Assembly: GCA_028706475.1 (NCBI GenBank)
Contig: JAQWBI010000002.1
Location: 19,123-83,122, forward strand
Reading direction: 5' to 3'
DNA from: Candidatus Cloacimonadota bacterium
GTDB lineage: Bacteria > Cloacimonadota > Cloacimonadia > Cloacimonadales > Cloacimonadaceae
Length of the DNA stretch: 64,000 bases
In this document: positions 36,901 to 45,846 of the stretch, in pieces
Layout of the letters: every line of letters begins with the position of its first letter
Numbering within the stretch: position 1 is the first letter of the stretch
Translations under genes and position numbers: made by a program
Notes under the pieces: generated by a model
The model's input: only the letters and a program-made list of their open reading frames with translations
Database searches by the model: none
What the model was told of the DNA's origin: nothing

Positions 36901-38219
36901 ATTCTTTCAAGAACGGCAAGGCTCTCGATGTGCCAGGTGTTTGGAAACATATCGAAGCCGCCAAGATTCAACAACTTATACTTTCCGTCTTGCAACAATA
37001 TCCGGAGGTCTCTCGCCAGACTCATCGGCGAGCAACTGAGATATATGATGCGGGGGATACCGGCTCTTTTGATCGACCATAGCGTGCTTTCCGGAACACC
37101 GCTGCGGGGAGGATCCAGAATGATGCAATCGGCTTCGAAGCTTCGGATAGATTCATCAAACTTCTGTTCGAATTTACCGCAGATGTACTGAACTTTGTCA
37201 AAACCGTTGTTCTCGGCGTTCCTTTTGGCATCACGGATAGCTTCCGGGCTTTCTTCGATACCCAATACTTGCGCAATCTCACTTGCCAAACCCAAGCCAA
37301 TGGCACCCATGCCGCAATATGCATCAATTACTTTGTAATGCGGCTTCATCCAGGCTCTCATGGCACACAGTATCTTTTCCATGCTGCCGCTGTTGATCTG
37401 CCAAAAGCTGCGGTAATTGATCTCAAAGCGGATATCCGCAAGAGTGTCGCAGAGATAGCTTTTGCCATACAAAAGCTTTTCTTCTTGGCCCAGGATCACA
37501 TTGCCGCGGTCGCGATTGATGTTTTGCACAATGCCGGTAACCATGGGGAAGGCGTCGGTGATGCCTCTCACGATGGTTTTCGAGAATGGTAAGCGTGCCG
37601 AACGGCATACCAGAATAAGCAAAATTTCACTTTGGTCTTTGTTGCAGCGTAAGCCGATGTGGCGCAAACAACCGCTGTGATCCTGCTCGTTATAGGGTTC
37701 TACCTTTGCCTTTTCGCACAGCTGATACAGTGTCTTGGCAATATCGTCGAAAACGGGGGGATGGTTCAAACAGCTTTCATGCTTTACTATGCTGTGGCTG
37801 TATCGCGCATAAATGCCATAGGATTCTGCGCCTACGGGCATAAATACTTTGTTTCGGTAATTACGTTGAAGCTCCGAAGCCTCCATCCCGCTGTACACTT
37901 CCAGGTGATCTTTGAAGAGGTCTCGCAACAGCATATCCTTGTATTGCAACTGAGTGGGATAATCCAACATCAGCCAATCGCAGCCCCCGCAGGGTTCCGA
38001 TGCATCAAAAGCACTACAGCCGGAAGGGATAACTCCAGCACCTCGTTCATGATACTGTGTCACTTTAGCAAAGGCATGATCTTTCTTGTCCAGAAAGATC
38101 TGCACATCCACATTATCGCCAATGGCAGTATTGGCCACAAAGATCGCTTTACCACCATGAAATCCCAGTCCCATGCCACCCATGGCTATCTTCTCTATGT
38201 TTAGTTTTTCGATAATCAC
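36897..38219 (-). CDS. 23S rRNA (uracil-C5)-methyltransferase, RlmD/RumA family
   Basis: 440 aa. N-terminal TRAM-like domain, Cys cluster (CSAFDASEPCGGCDW), SAM motif DAYCGMG and the catalytic-Cys region YLSCSP. Confidence 0.85.
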   Translation of the reverse strand: MIIEKLNIEKIAMGGMGLGFHGGKAIFVANTAIGDNVDVQIFLDKKDHAFAKVTQYHERGAGVIPSGCSAFDASEPCGGCDWLMLDYPTQLQYKDMLLRDLFKDHLEVYSGMEASELQRNYRNKVFMPVGAESYGIYARYSHSIVKHESCLNHPPVFDDIAKTLYQLCEKAKVEPYNEQDHSGCLRHIGLRCNKDQSEILLILVCRSARLPFSKTIVRGITDAFPMVTGIVQNINRDRGNVILGQEEKLLYGKSYLCDTLADIRFEINYRSFWQINSGSMEKILCAMRAWMKPHYKVIDAYCGMGAIGLGLASEIAQVLGIEESPEAIRDAKRNAENNGFDKVQYICGKFEQKFDESIRSFEADCIILDPPRSGVPESTLWSIKRAGIPRIIYLSCSPMSLARDLRILLQDGKYKLLNLGGFDMFPNTWHIESLAVLERI

Positions 38220-39088
38220 AATAGGTTACTCAAACGTGTGATTCTATCGCTTATGCTGGGGTGAGTAGCAAATAGTGATGCGGCTTTCCTGCTGTTGATC
38301 TTGGCCATGGCAAAGCTATCCTGCCGTTTATCCTGACTGTAGTAACGGTCGATCTTTTCCAACGCTGCGATCATTGCTCCCGGATTTGTCAGTCCTGCGG
38401 CTCCTTTGTCTGCACGGTATTCTCTGTAACGGGAGTAGTATGATGCGGGGATCATCGCCAAAAACATCAGTACGTTTTGCAGTAAGATTACCATGAGGTA
38501 ATAACCGAAGTAGCCCAATCCTCCGCGTCTGCGATCGCCTCTTAGGGCGCTGTCCAGGATGGTGGCTACAAGGCGTGCGCCAAACATCACGAAAGTGTTG
38601 ATCAGGCCCATCACGAGGGTCATGGAAACCATGTCACCTTCAGAGACATGAGTCATTTCGTGTGCTGCCACAGCAGCAATCTCATCCTCCGAGAGTGTGT
38701 TTACCAAGCCGCTGGAAAAAGCGATCAGAGAGCTATTGCGGGATGCTCCCGTGGCAAAGGCATTGACATCGTTTGAAGGATATATACCCACTTCGGGATT
38801 CTTTACTCCAGCTGCCTGTGCCAGAGCTTGCACTGTGTCATACACATACTTTGCCTGGCTGTTCTGCACGGAGGCATCGATCAATTGTATCCTATAGGCT
38901 TTCTTGGCCATGAACTTGCTAAGGGCAAGGGAGATAAAGGATCCCACAAAACCAAAAATGGCACAAAATATCAGCAGGCTGATTACCTGATTTTGGGGCA
39001 TTGGCACAAAGGCCAGTATGATGCTCAACATGGACACTACCAAGAGATTCAACAATAGGTAGAATCCCAAGCGTTTAAGTCCTTTCAT
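38216..39088 (-). CDS. htpX: zinc metalloprotease HtpX (M48)
   Basis: 290 aa. HEMTHV zinc motif and 4 TM helices. Confidence 0.9.
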   Translation of the reverse strand: MKGLKRLGFYLLLNLLVVSMLSIILAFVPMPQNQVISLLIFCAIFGFVGSFISLALSKFMAKKAYRIQLIDASVQNSQAKYVYDTVQALAQAAGVKNPEVGIYPSNDVNAFATGASRNSSLIAFSSGLVNTLSEDEIAAVAAHEMTHVSEGDMVSMTLVMGLINTFVMFGARLVATILDSALRGDRRRGGLGYFGYYLMVILLQNVLMFLAMIPASYYSRYREYRADKGAAGLTNPGAMIAALEKIDRYYSQDKRQDSFAMAKINSRKAASLFATHPSISDRITRLSNLL

Positions 39089-39267
39089 TTTTCCTCCTAA
39101 TCATTCTTGAAGGCATAATCTAAAACCAGCAGCTTGATGGCAAGTAAAAAAAGTAAAAAGCAGAGATATACCTGATGCAATGCACTTTCCTTGCATCATG
39201 TGGAGTGTCTGGCCGAAACTGGACGCCACCGAAACTCAACACTGGAAGAGCAGGGAATCCGGTTACT

Positions 39268-40941
39268 CTATTTCTCAAGGCTCAGATTTGTAAATTTATT
39301 GATGTTGATATGATTGGATCCCGTATCTATAAATTGAACGCTCACTCTATCACCGTTGCCGGAGAGGGGCAGATAGGAGCTTAAATTGCTTGTGGCAATG
39401 AAGATGGTCCCGGGAAGGCTATCCAGAGAGAAGTGGTAATAGCTTCTGCCATCTTTCACGTCGGAGGCGATTCTGACGATATAGCCTTCGGACACGTTCA
39501 TTTTCTCTTTTATCAAGGCAGAATCGGAGCTTCCGTAGGTGGCAAGATTCATCTGATAACTCTCTCTGGCACTCTTCACGGTTTCTCCCACACCAACCAG
39601 CGAGAAATCGCTTACCGACACAAAGCAATACATCTTAACCAAACCGGCAGCATCCTTCAGAGTCATGAAGTAAGTGGGTACGTTTTCCATGTTCACCAAA
39701 ATGGGGAAGGTAGCATAATACTTGAATTGCTGTACTTTACCCTCGGCAGAACGCATTGCCGCCTGCTCGGTGGCTCCCGAGATCAGATAGAGTGATGTAT
39801 CTTTGTTGCGGGTATTGATAAGCGCAAAGCCCACTGTCCCTTCATCCGCTCCCACGCTGGACATGCCCGTATAGAAATAGCTGCGATTATCGGCGGAGTA
39901 TGTGATGTTGTAACCGGCAGTGGTAGTTAGCATATCTCTTTTGCCAAACAGAGTGTTCCAAAATCCGCGCACATATTTTCCCCACCAATTTAGCTGCGGC
40001 ATCACAAAATATGAGGGCTGTACCCGGTCAACCCAATCCGGGATCAATTCATCACTATAGCCATTCTCTGTCTTTATCAGCGGATAGTAATTGAGGTCTC
40101 CGGTGCAAGCGTGCACGGTCACCAATCCCAAGGCCTCATTGCCGCGTACTCCAATCTTTTTGGAGTATAGTGTGATGGTCCAATACGGCTCTCCGCTGTC
40201 ATCAATCTCGAAAGTATCTCCCGCCATTGCCACACCGGTGATGCCGGAAAGATACATGTGTCGTTTCAAATCCTGGTTGAAATAGGCGTTGCTTTGATAC
40301 TTTATGTTCAGAGCTTTTCCGTTCACTTCGCGGATAAAGCGGATATCCTGGGAATTCGTGGCAGATACCATGATGTATCCCGGAGTACCATTGTCTGTGT
40401 TTGCAAGCCACTTGAAGAATCCGCTGTGCAATAGAGGAACCACCCAAAATAGCTTTCCATCAACCATTTGAATGGTGGGAATACCCAATACTACCCGGCT
40501 ACCCAAGGCAAAGTCTTCCCCCAGCTTTTTTTCTGCGAGAGAAGCCGCAAAATACTCATCGATAATCGGTACACGGCTCATGTCGATGGGCGAGACCATC
40601 TCGGAAAAATTGCTCTCCTGCACATCACCGATCAGATTCCGATAGTGGGAACTAACAAACAAGGGACTGAAAACCAGCGGTAAGACAACAAGCAGAACCA
40701 GCATCAAAGCATAGAGCACCATAAGTGCTTTTCGCAGTTTGGCCATCCCCCATAGCGGCAACAATACAAAGGCAAGCGTGGGAATCCAGCCCAAGAACTT
40801 GAGATTCAGAACCGGAAGATGAAAATAAAGCACATAAAGTACGAGTACCAGACTGCAACTAGTTGCCAGCCATGGTTTCAGGCGAAAAGCTTTTATATTT
40901 ATATCCAGCTTTGCTCCCCTGGGTGTATTCTGCTGATTCAT
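39268..40941 (-). CDS. hypothetical membrane protein: 3-4 N-terminal TM helices plus a large extracytoplasmic domain of about 430 aa
   Basis: Start moved to the ATG at 40939-40941 (MNQQNTPRG..., GAGGT RBS). No family recognised by eye. Confidence 0.6.
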   Translation of the reverse strand: MNQQNTPRGAKLDINIKAFRLKPWLATSCSLVLVLYVLYFHLPVLNLKFLGWIPTLAFVLLPLWGMAKLRKALMVLYALMLVLLVVLPLVFSPLFVSSHYRNLIGDVQESNFSEMVSPIDMSRVPIIDEYFAASLAEKKLGEDFALGSRVVLGIPTIQMVDGKLFWVVPLLHSGFFKWLANTDNGTPGYIMVSATNSQDIRFIREVNGKALNIKYQSNAYFNQDLKRHMYLSGITGVAMAGDTFEIDDSGEPYWTITLYSKKIGVRGNEALGLVTVHACTGDLNYYPLIKTENGYSDELIPDWVDRVQPSYFVMPQLNWWGKYVRGFWNTLFGKRDMLTTTAGYNITYSADNRSYFYTGMSSVGADEGTVGFALINTRNKDTSLYLISGATEQAAMRSAEGKVQQFKYYATFPILVNMENVPTYFMTLKDAAGLVKMYCFVSVSDFSLVGVGETVKSARESYQMNLATYGSSDSALIKEKMNVSEGYIVRIASDVKDGRSYYHFSLDSLPGTIFIATSNLSSYLPLSGNGDRVSVQFIDTGSNHININKFTNLSLEK

Positions 40942-40965
40942 AGTAACCTCAATAGCGTTTTTGCG

Positions 40966-40994
40966 ATAAAACCGAATAGTCGAATATCTGTCAA
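40966..40994 (-). promoter_or_regulatory. candidate sigma70 promoter for the membrane-protein gene
   Basis: On the minus strand: TTGACA (40994-40989), 17-nt spacer, TTTTAT (40971-40966). Confidence 0.4.
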
Positions 40995-41366
40995 GTATTG
41001 TTTGCCTGCCAGTAGTGTTCCCTTTGCTCCGGGTATCGGGGAAGAAAAAGCACACATGATATACGCGATCCATGACAGAGATAGAACAAGCTGGAATTGT
41101 GGATTGCCAATAAAGGATAAACCCTGACTGGAATGGTGAGTTGTAATATTGAAGTAATCAAATATTATTGAGGCTAGATGGTGTGTCAATCTTTTGCGCA
41201 TCGAGGCGGTATGTTTCATATTTATCGATTATGCTATACAAAACAATGGAGCATGGGATGATCCCACGCTTCCCAATCCCTTTTGCTTATCGACGAGCAT
41301 AAAGGGCAACATGTCCCCCGGTAAACCGGAATATGCTGGAGTCACTATCCACCCTCTTCGCGTAAA

Positions 41367-41446
41367 GCAGTGCCGAAGCAGATATAATCGGGTTATCATC
41401 GAGTGGTCACTGCTTGATAACGGCTTTATATCTGCTTCGGCACTGC
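41367..41446 (-). repeat. module A palindromic repeat, copy 3 (longest; polarity inverted relative to copies 1, 2 and 4)
   Basis: GCAGTGCCGAAGCAGATATAATCGGGTTATCATCGAGTG-GT-CACTGCTTGATAACGGCTTTATATCTGCTTCGGCACTGC. The outer 20 bp pair perfectly. Confidence 0.85.
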
Positions 41447-41545
41447 TTGAAGCAGGGAGGAGGAATAGCACTCAGATGAAGCATATCAAATGGATTTACA
41501 CTGATTTTATGTTTGTAACATGTGAAAGTACAATTATTGCCTCCG

Positions 41546-41588
41546 TAGTGTGGAAACGGCATCTTGCCGTTTTGTTACCCCCACACAC
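41546..41588 (+). repeat. module B, copy 3
   Basis: TAGTGTGGAAACGGCATCTTGCCGTTTTGTTACCCCCACACAC. The first 24 nt are identical to the unit at 5601. Confidence 0.85.
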
Positions 41589-41616
41589 ACAGTGCCCTTC
41601 ATGGGCGATATCTGAG

Positions 41617-41703
41617 CCCGGAGAGTGACAGAATATTGCGAGGGTGCGTTGCGATAGCGGAGCCCCTCGTAAAACTGCGAAACTGTAGTAAATGCACAGC
41701 GAA
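41617..41703 (+). repeat. module C, copy 1
   Basis: CCCGGAGAGTGACAGAATATTGCGAGGGTGCGTTGCGATAGCGGAGC...ACAGCGAA. The reverse complement recurs at 55201-55311. Confidence 0.75.
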
Positions 41704-41855
41704 TCAAGTCATATTATACCAGTGTATTATTTGGGATAAAACAGCTAATGATAACACATTGAATACTCACCTAAATGCAAAAAAAAGGAACAAATCTATT
41801 GACAAAAAAGCCGCATGGAAGTCCTTAATACCAGATTAACATAAAAGGATGCAAA

Positions 41856-44800
41856 ATGGCTCGGCTTTTCAGCAAAGATTACCACGACAAGTCCAATAGC
41901 TGGTATTTCAATCATGCTGTTATTCTGCTTGAAGATGGAGATTTGTGGCATTGGCACACTTTGGATGAATCCGATAATGTGATATTGCGCTTTTACCCCA
42001 GCCGGGACAAACGCGAGTATTTCAGCGCCTGGGTGGAAGTGCACTACGATCCTCGCGAGAAACGCATCCTATCTTATCAATGTGCAGAATGCGGTCACGA
42101 CGAAAGCTGCCGTCACTACCTGTCTTTACTGCGCTATTCCTACAACTTCATCTCCGATGACATCCTGAAAGAAGAACTGGTGCAAACCTGCGATTCGGAC
42201 TGTCTGAGAGGAAATCTCCGCTGGATAGACAGTGCTCACCGCTTCAAGCTTCTATTTGAAAACATATACAATCCCAGCTCCGCAAAGATTCGCATTTATC
42301 ATCAGGGTCTGGAGGATGTGGATGTGCCGTCATTACTGAAGATGCTGAAAGATTATGAATACTTCAGCGAGGAGCTGGTAGAAAACTATCGGGTCTTCGA
42401 CTACTTTCAGCTGGCTTTCTTTGAATACATGGCAAAATCCGGCATCCATTACAGTGTTAAGAATCAAAATTGGTCGATACCTAAAGCTCAATTTGCAGAA
42501 CTGCTGATGCATCTGGAGCAGATGTCCGGAAGGCTCTTTGTGAAAGAGACCAATGAGGAGCTTACCTTTGCAGCTCAGCCCTATCCGCTGGCTCTACGGA
42601 TAGACAAAGCCGGGAAAACGAACTACAATCTCTTTCCAGTGCTGGTTGATGAAGTATCAGCTTGGTTTTCGGGTTATCCCACCTGGCTTTTCTTCCGTAA
42701 CAGGATTCATAAAGTATGGCTTCCTTTCAAAGAACCCATAATCGATGCCATCTTCAAGCGGGAAATGCAGATCACGGCTAAGGATCTGGTGTACTACCGC
42801 AGTATAGTGCACAACGAACTATCCCGTCAGGATATCTATCTGGATTTCAGCGAATCCATAGAACTGCCGAGAATCATGTACAGCAAGCCCAAAGGCAGGC
42901 TCTATGTAAAGGCTTTGGGTGAAGACATCCTGATCGATGGCTTTTTGGTGTATGAGGATAGTTACGAATTGCCGCTGAGTGCGTTGAAGTACCGTAAATC
43001 CCTGGTGAATAGCGTGTATCGAGGGGGCGATGCGAACGACAAAATCTGGTTCTATCTCTCACCTGATCTGCAGGACAAAGCGCAAGCCTTGCTGGATATG
43101 CTGCCAGTTCCGGAGATTAACCAACTGGAACAGAAGTCTCAACTGGTCTTTAAAAATGAGGATTTTCCCGCTCTGCAAAAAGCAGTGTTCCGCATTGATG
43201 AACAGGATTGGGAACTGATCATAGACGAAAGCCTGAGCAACAGGTTCATTACCAAGATCCATCTTGAGGCAGATATCCGCGTGCAAAGAACAGAGGATAT
43301 CGATTGGTTTAGCTACGAGATCAGCTATCGTCATAAGGATTTGCGTTTCAGTCATGAAGAACTTGCCCGCTACTTCAAGTCCAAAGATGAATTTCTGCAC
43401 ACAGTGGACGGCAGGATATTCTTCATCAGCAATCCCCAGATATTTTCCGAAGTGGATCACCTGCTGGTGCGCAGTCAGAAAGATACAGATTCGGTGTATC
43501 GTGCCCGCATCCTGAATCTGCCCTATTATCAGAGGCTGAGGGAAGAAAATCCTGCTTTCAAAATAATTGGTGATGACTATCTGGAAAACCTGTTTGAAGA
43601 CCTTCACGAACGCAAACTAAAGCGTAGTCCGGAATTACCTTCCTTTTTACAGACCATTCTGCGTGGATATCAGAAGTCGGGAGTAGCTTGGCTGTCCATG
43701 TTGAAACACTATCGTCTAAACGGTATACTGGCAGACGAGATGGGATTGGGCAAGACCATTCAGGCTCTTGCTATGATTGCTATGGCACCTGAAGACAGCG
43801 TCAACATGGTGATTTGTCCCAAAACTCTGCTCTACAACTGGGCTGGAGAGATCGAGAAATTTCATACAAACATACCTTACGCAATTGTAGAGGGCAACAC
43901 CACAAACCGCATCGAGCTTTTGCAAAATCCCAATATCCGGCTGTACATAATGAGTTACTCCATGGTTTCCAGCGACGCATCTCAATTGAAAAACATGCAT
44001 TTCGATTGGCTGATTCTGGATGAAGCTCAGAACATCAAAAACGTATCCGCACTGCGAACCAAGGCCATCAAGAAGCTGAATTCAAACCACCGTATGGCAC
44101 TTTCCGGCACTCCCATAGAGAATAACCTCACCGAATTGTGGAGCATCATGGACTTTTTGATGCCCGGTTATATGGGTAGCCTGAAAAGCTTCAAAGATAA
44201 ATACATGAAACCGGAGGATGATCGGGAAGCCAGGCAATCTCTGCACAGGCTATGCTCGCCCTTCCTGCTGCGCCGTGTGAAAAAGGAAGTGTTGCTGGAG
44301 CTGCCGGATAAACAGGAACAAATCTCCTGGTGCAAAATGAGCGCAATTCAAGAGAAATTGTATCTGCAGATTCTGGATACCGTTCAGAAGAAACTGATGC
44401 CCGGTACTACCGAAGAAATGAGCTATGTACACATATTGGCGGCACTTACGAAACTGCGTCAGGTATGTAATCATCCGCATCTGGCCAATAGCGATGTCCT
44501 TCCCGTTCCTGAGCTTTCAGCGAAACTGGAGATGCTGGTGGAATTGGTGCAAGACGCTATCTCCGCAGGACACAAGATCCTTGTCTTTTCCCAGTTTGTG
44601 CAGATGCTGCAGATCATCAGAAAGGTGTTTGACGATTTGGGAGTGAAGTATAGCTATCTGGATGGCAAAACCCGGGATCGGGCGGAGCAAGTGGCAGCTT
44701 TTGAACATGATGAAGACATCCGTCTGTTTCTTATCAGCCTGAAGACGGGAGGTACCGGCTTGAATCTGACTGCTGCAGACACTGTGATCTTGTATGACCC

Positions 44801-45026
44801 CTGGTGGAATCCCATGGTGGAAAATCAAGCTATCGACCGCACTCACCGCATCGGACAAACCAGGAAAGTACAGGTATTCAGGCTGATTACCAAAGCCAGC
44901 GTGGAAGAGAAAATACTGTCCTTACAAAAGAACAAAATAGAGCTCTTCAATGAAGTAATCGAAGGTGGTACGGGAGTATTGAAATCGATGAGTCTTGAAG
45001 AGCTTAAAGGCCTGTTTTCTTACTAA
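41856..45026 (+). CDS. SNF2-family helicase with an N-terminal SWIM zinc finger and SNF2-associated domain
   Basis: 1056 aa. SWIM CxC...CxH (CAECGHDESCRH), SNF2_N motif I LADEMGLGKT, motif II DEAQNIKN, and Helicase_C (LISLKTGGTGLNLT, QAIDRTHRIGQ). Confidence 0.9.
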   Translation: MARLFSKDYHDKSNSWYFNHAVILLEDGDLWHWHTLDESDNVILRFYPSRDKREYFSAWVEVHYDPREKRILSYQCAECGHDESCRHYLSLLRYSYNFISDDILKEELVQTCDSDCLRGNLRWIDSAHRFKLLFENIYNPSSAKIRIYHQGLEDVDVPSLLKMLKDYEYFSEELVENYRVFDYFQLAFFEYMAKSGIHYSVKNQNWSIPKAQFAELLMHLEQMSGRLFVKETNEELTFAAQPYPLALRIDKAGKTNYNLFPVLVDEVSAWFSGYPTWLFFRNRIHKVWLPFKEPIIDAIFKREMQITAKDLVYYRSIVHNELSRQDIYLDFSESIELPRIMYSKPKGRLYVKALGEDILIDGFLVYEDSYELPLSALKYRKSLVNSVYRGGDANDKIWFYLSPDLQDKAQALLDMLPVPEINQLEQKSQLVFKNEDFPALQKAVFRIDEQDWELIIDESLSNRFITKIHLEADIRVQRTEDIDWFSYEISYRHKDLRFSHEELARYFKSKDEFLHTVDGRIFFISNPQIFSEVDHLLVRSQKDTDSVYRARILNLPYYQRLREENPAFKIIGDDYLENLFEDLHERKLKRSPELPSFLQTILRGYQKSGVAWLSMLKHYRLNGILADEMGLGKTIQALAMIAMAPEDSVNMVICPKTLLYNWAGEIEKFHTNIPYAIVEGNTTNRIELLQNPNIRLYIMSYSMVSSDASQLKNMHFDWLILDEAQNIKNVSALRTKAIKKLNSNHRMALSGTPIENNLTELWSIMDFLMPGYMGSLKSFKDKYMKPEDDREARQSLHRLCSPFLLRRVKKEVLLELPDKQEQISWCKMSAIQEKLYLQILDTVQKKLMPGTTEEMSYVHILAALTKLRQVCNHPHLANSDVLPVPELSAKLEMLVELVQDAISAGHKILVFSQFVQMLQIIRKVFDDLGVKYSYLDGKTRDRAEQVAAFEHDEDIRLFLISLKTGGTGLNLTAADTVILYDPWWNPMVENQAIDRTHRIGQTRKVQVFRLITKASVEEKILSLQKNKIELFNEVIEGGTGVLKSMSLEELKGLFSY

Positions 45027-45029
45027 ATA

Positions 45030-45539
45030 TCACGGATTGGGAAAGATTCTGTTCCAGTCGGGTTCGATCTTATCATCTGCGCCAAAGCCGTGATAGCTAT
45101 TGTTATCGCCATCAAACCATAGCTTTCTGCCTTCACCGACGGGGTTTTTGGTGGTAGCTACTGCCATGATAATCTTGTAGGGAGCTACAAACACCAATTC
45201 GTTTTCATTCACATTCTTCAGCTTTTCCACCATCTGGGTAGTGTAGATATCCGAAGATTTCCAGGCAATGGCAAAATCCCAGTTTTCAATAACTTTATTC
45301 TTTAAACCGATCTCCACCAGGGCACTGTCCAGGTCAAATCCTCCGGCGCTGCCATGTGACTGCCAAAAACTGTCCACATAAGAATGCAATGCCTCCACGG
45401 CTTCTCGAACTTCTCCCGCTCGCTTTTGCGTCTGATACGCTTTCCAGCGCGGAACCACCAAAATGAGTGCTACAATAACGACGATCAATGCCGCCACTAT
45501 GTAGTATTTAACGCGTGATCTGCTCTTTTGTTCTGTCAT
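45030..45539 (-). CDS. hypothetical membrane-anchored protein with a pilin-like N-terminal helix
   Basis: Start moved to the ATG at 45537-45539 (MTEQKSRSRVKYYIVAALIVVIVALILVVP; GGAGAG RBS). There is no G/FTLIE prepilin cleavage motif. The stop lies 3 nt from the SNF2 stop on the opposite strand. Confidence 0.5.
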   Translation of the reverse strand: MTEQKSRSRVKYYIVAALIVVIVALILVVPRWKAYQTQKRAGEVREAVEALHSYVDSFWQSHGSAGGFDLDSALVEIGLKNKVIENWDFAIAWKSSDIYTTQMVEKLKNVNENELVFVAPYKIIMAVATTKNPVGEGRKLWFDGDNNSYHGFGADDKIEPDWNRIFPNP

Positions 45540-45846
45540 AATTCTCTCCATTGAAGGGTCTCTTTGTAGGATATAATAAGCATGTTTCACCTATATGCCA
45601 GATTAATGACTGCCATTATTCAATAATTGCGCTGATCTAGCACATGAAGTTTAGGTGTAAAAAACAAGCCGCGAATATATCACGGCTTGAACAAACACAC
45701 GACTATCAAGTTATCACAGCATCCCTTATTTGTGGTAGGGAGAAGTGCTTGGCGGATTTATTATTGACACAATCCGCAATTCCAAAATCATGGAAAGACT
45801 AAGGTAAGTATATAAGAAAAAATAGATTAAATCCTGTGGAGGAATT

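Noticed and set aside
41340-41475. TTATCA-rich palindromes as DnaA boxes or a replication origin.
   Set aside because: The sites (TTATCATCG/TTATCAAGC, CTATCCACC) do not match TTATCCACA well. There is no dnaA, dnaN or gidA, no AT-rich unwinding element, and the motif occurs at four dispersed loci.
41194-41628. 144-aa plus-strand ORF, together with the minus-strand ORFs 41229-41471 and 40938-41219, in the large intergenic gap.
   Set aside because: They read straight through repeat modules A and B and have no convincing RBS or start. The equivalent frames at the other repeat loci are interrupted by stops, so the conservation is at nucleotide level, not protein level.
41856-45026. The SNF2 helicase as part of a known defence system (DISARM, Zorya, BREX-type).
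   Set aside because: None of the obligate partners (DrmA/B/C or methylase, ZorA/B/C, PglX/Z, PLD nuclease) are within 10 kb on either side. The neighbours are housekeeping or metabolic genes.
45657-45688. AAGCCG-N11-CGGCTT hairpin with a minus-strand T-run as a terminator.
   Set aside because: The stem is weak (6 bp, 11-nt loop) and it sits upstream, not downstream, of the only minus-strand gene nearby. It may dampen antisense transcription, but I cannot support a call.
45591-45846. A lysine (L-box) or cobalamin riboswitch upstream of kdd-kamA, and likewise at 3535-3721 upstream of kamDE.
   Set aside because: The regions are too short or lack the conserved cores I know (no L-box AGAGGNGC/helix junction pattern, no B12 box). 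Only small generic hairpins are present.
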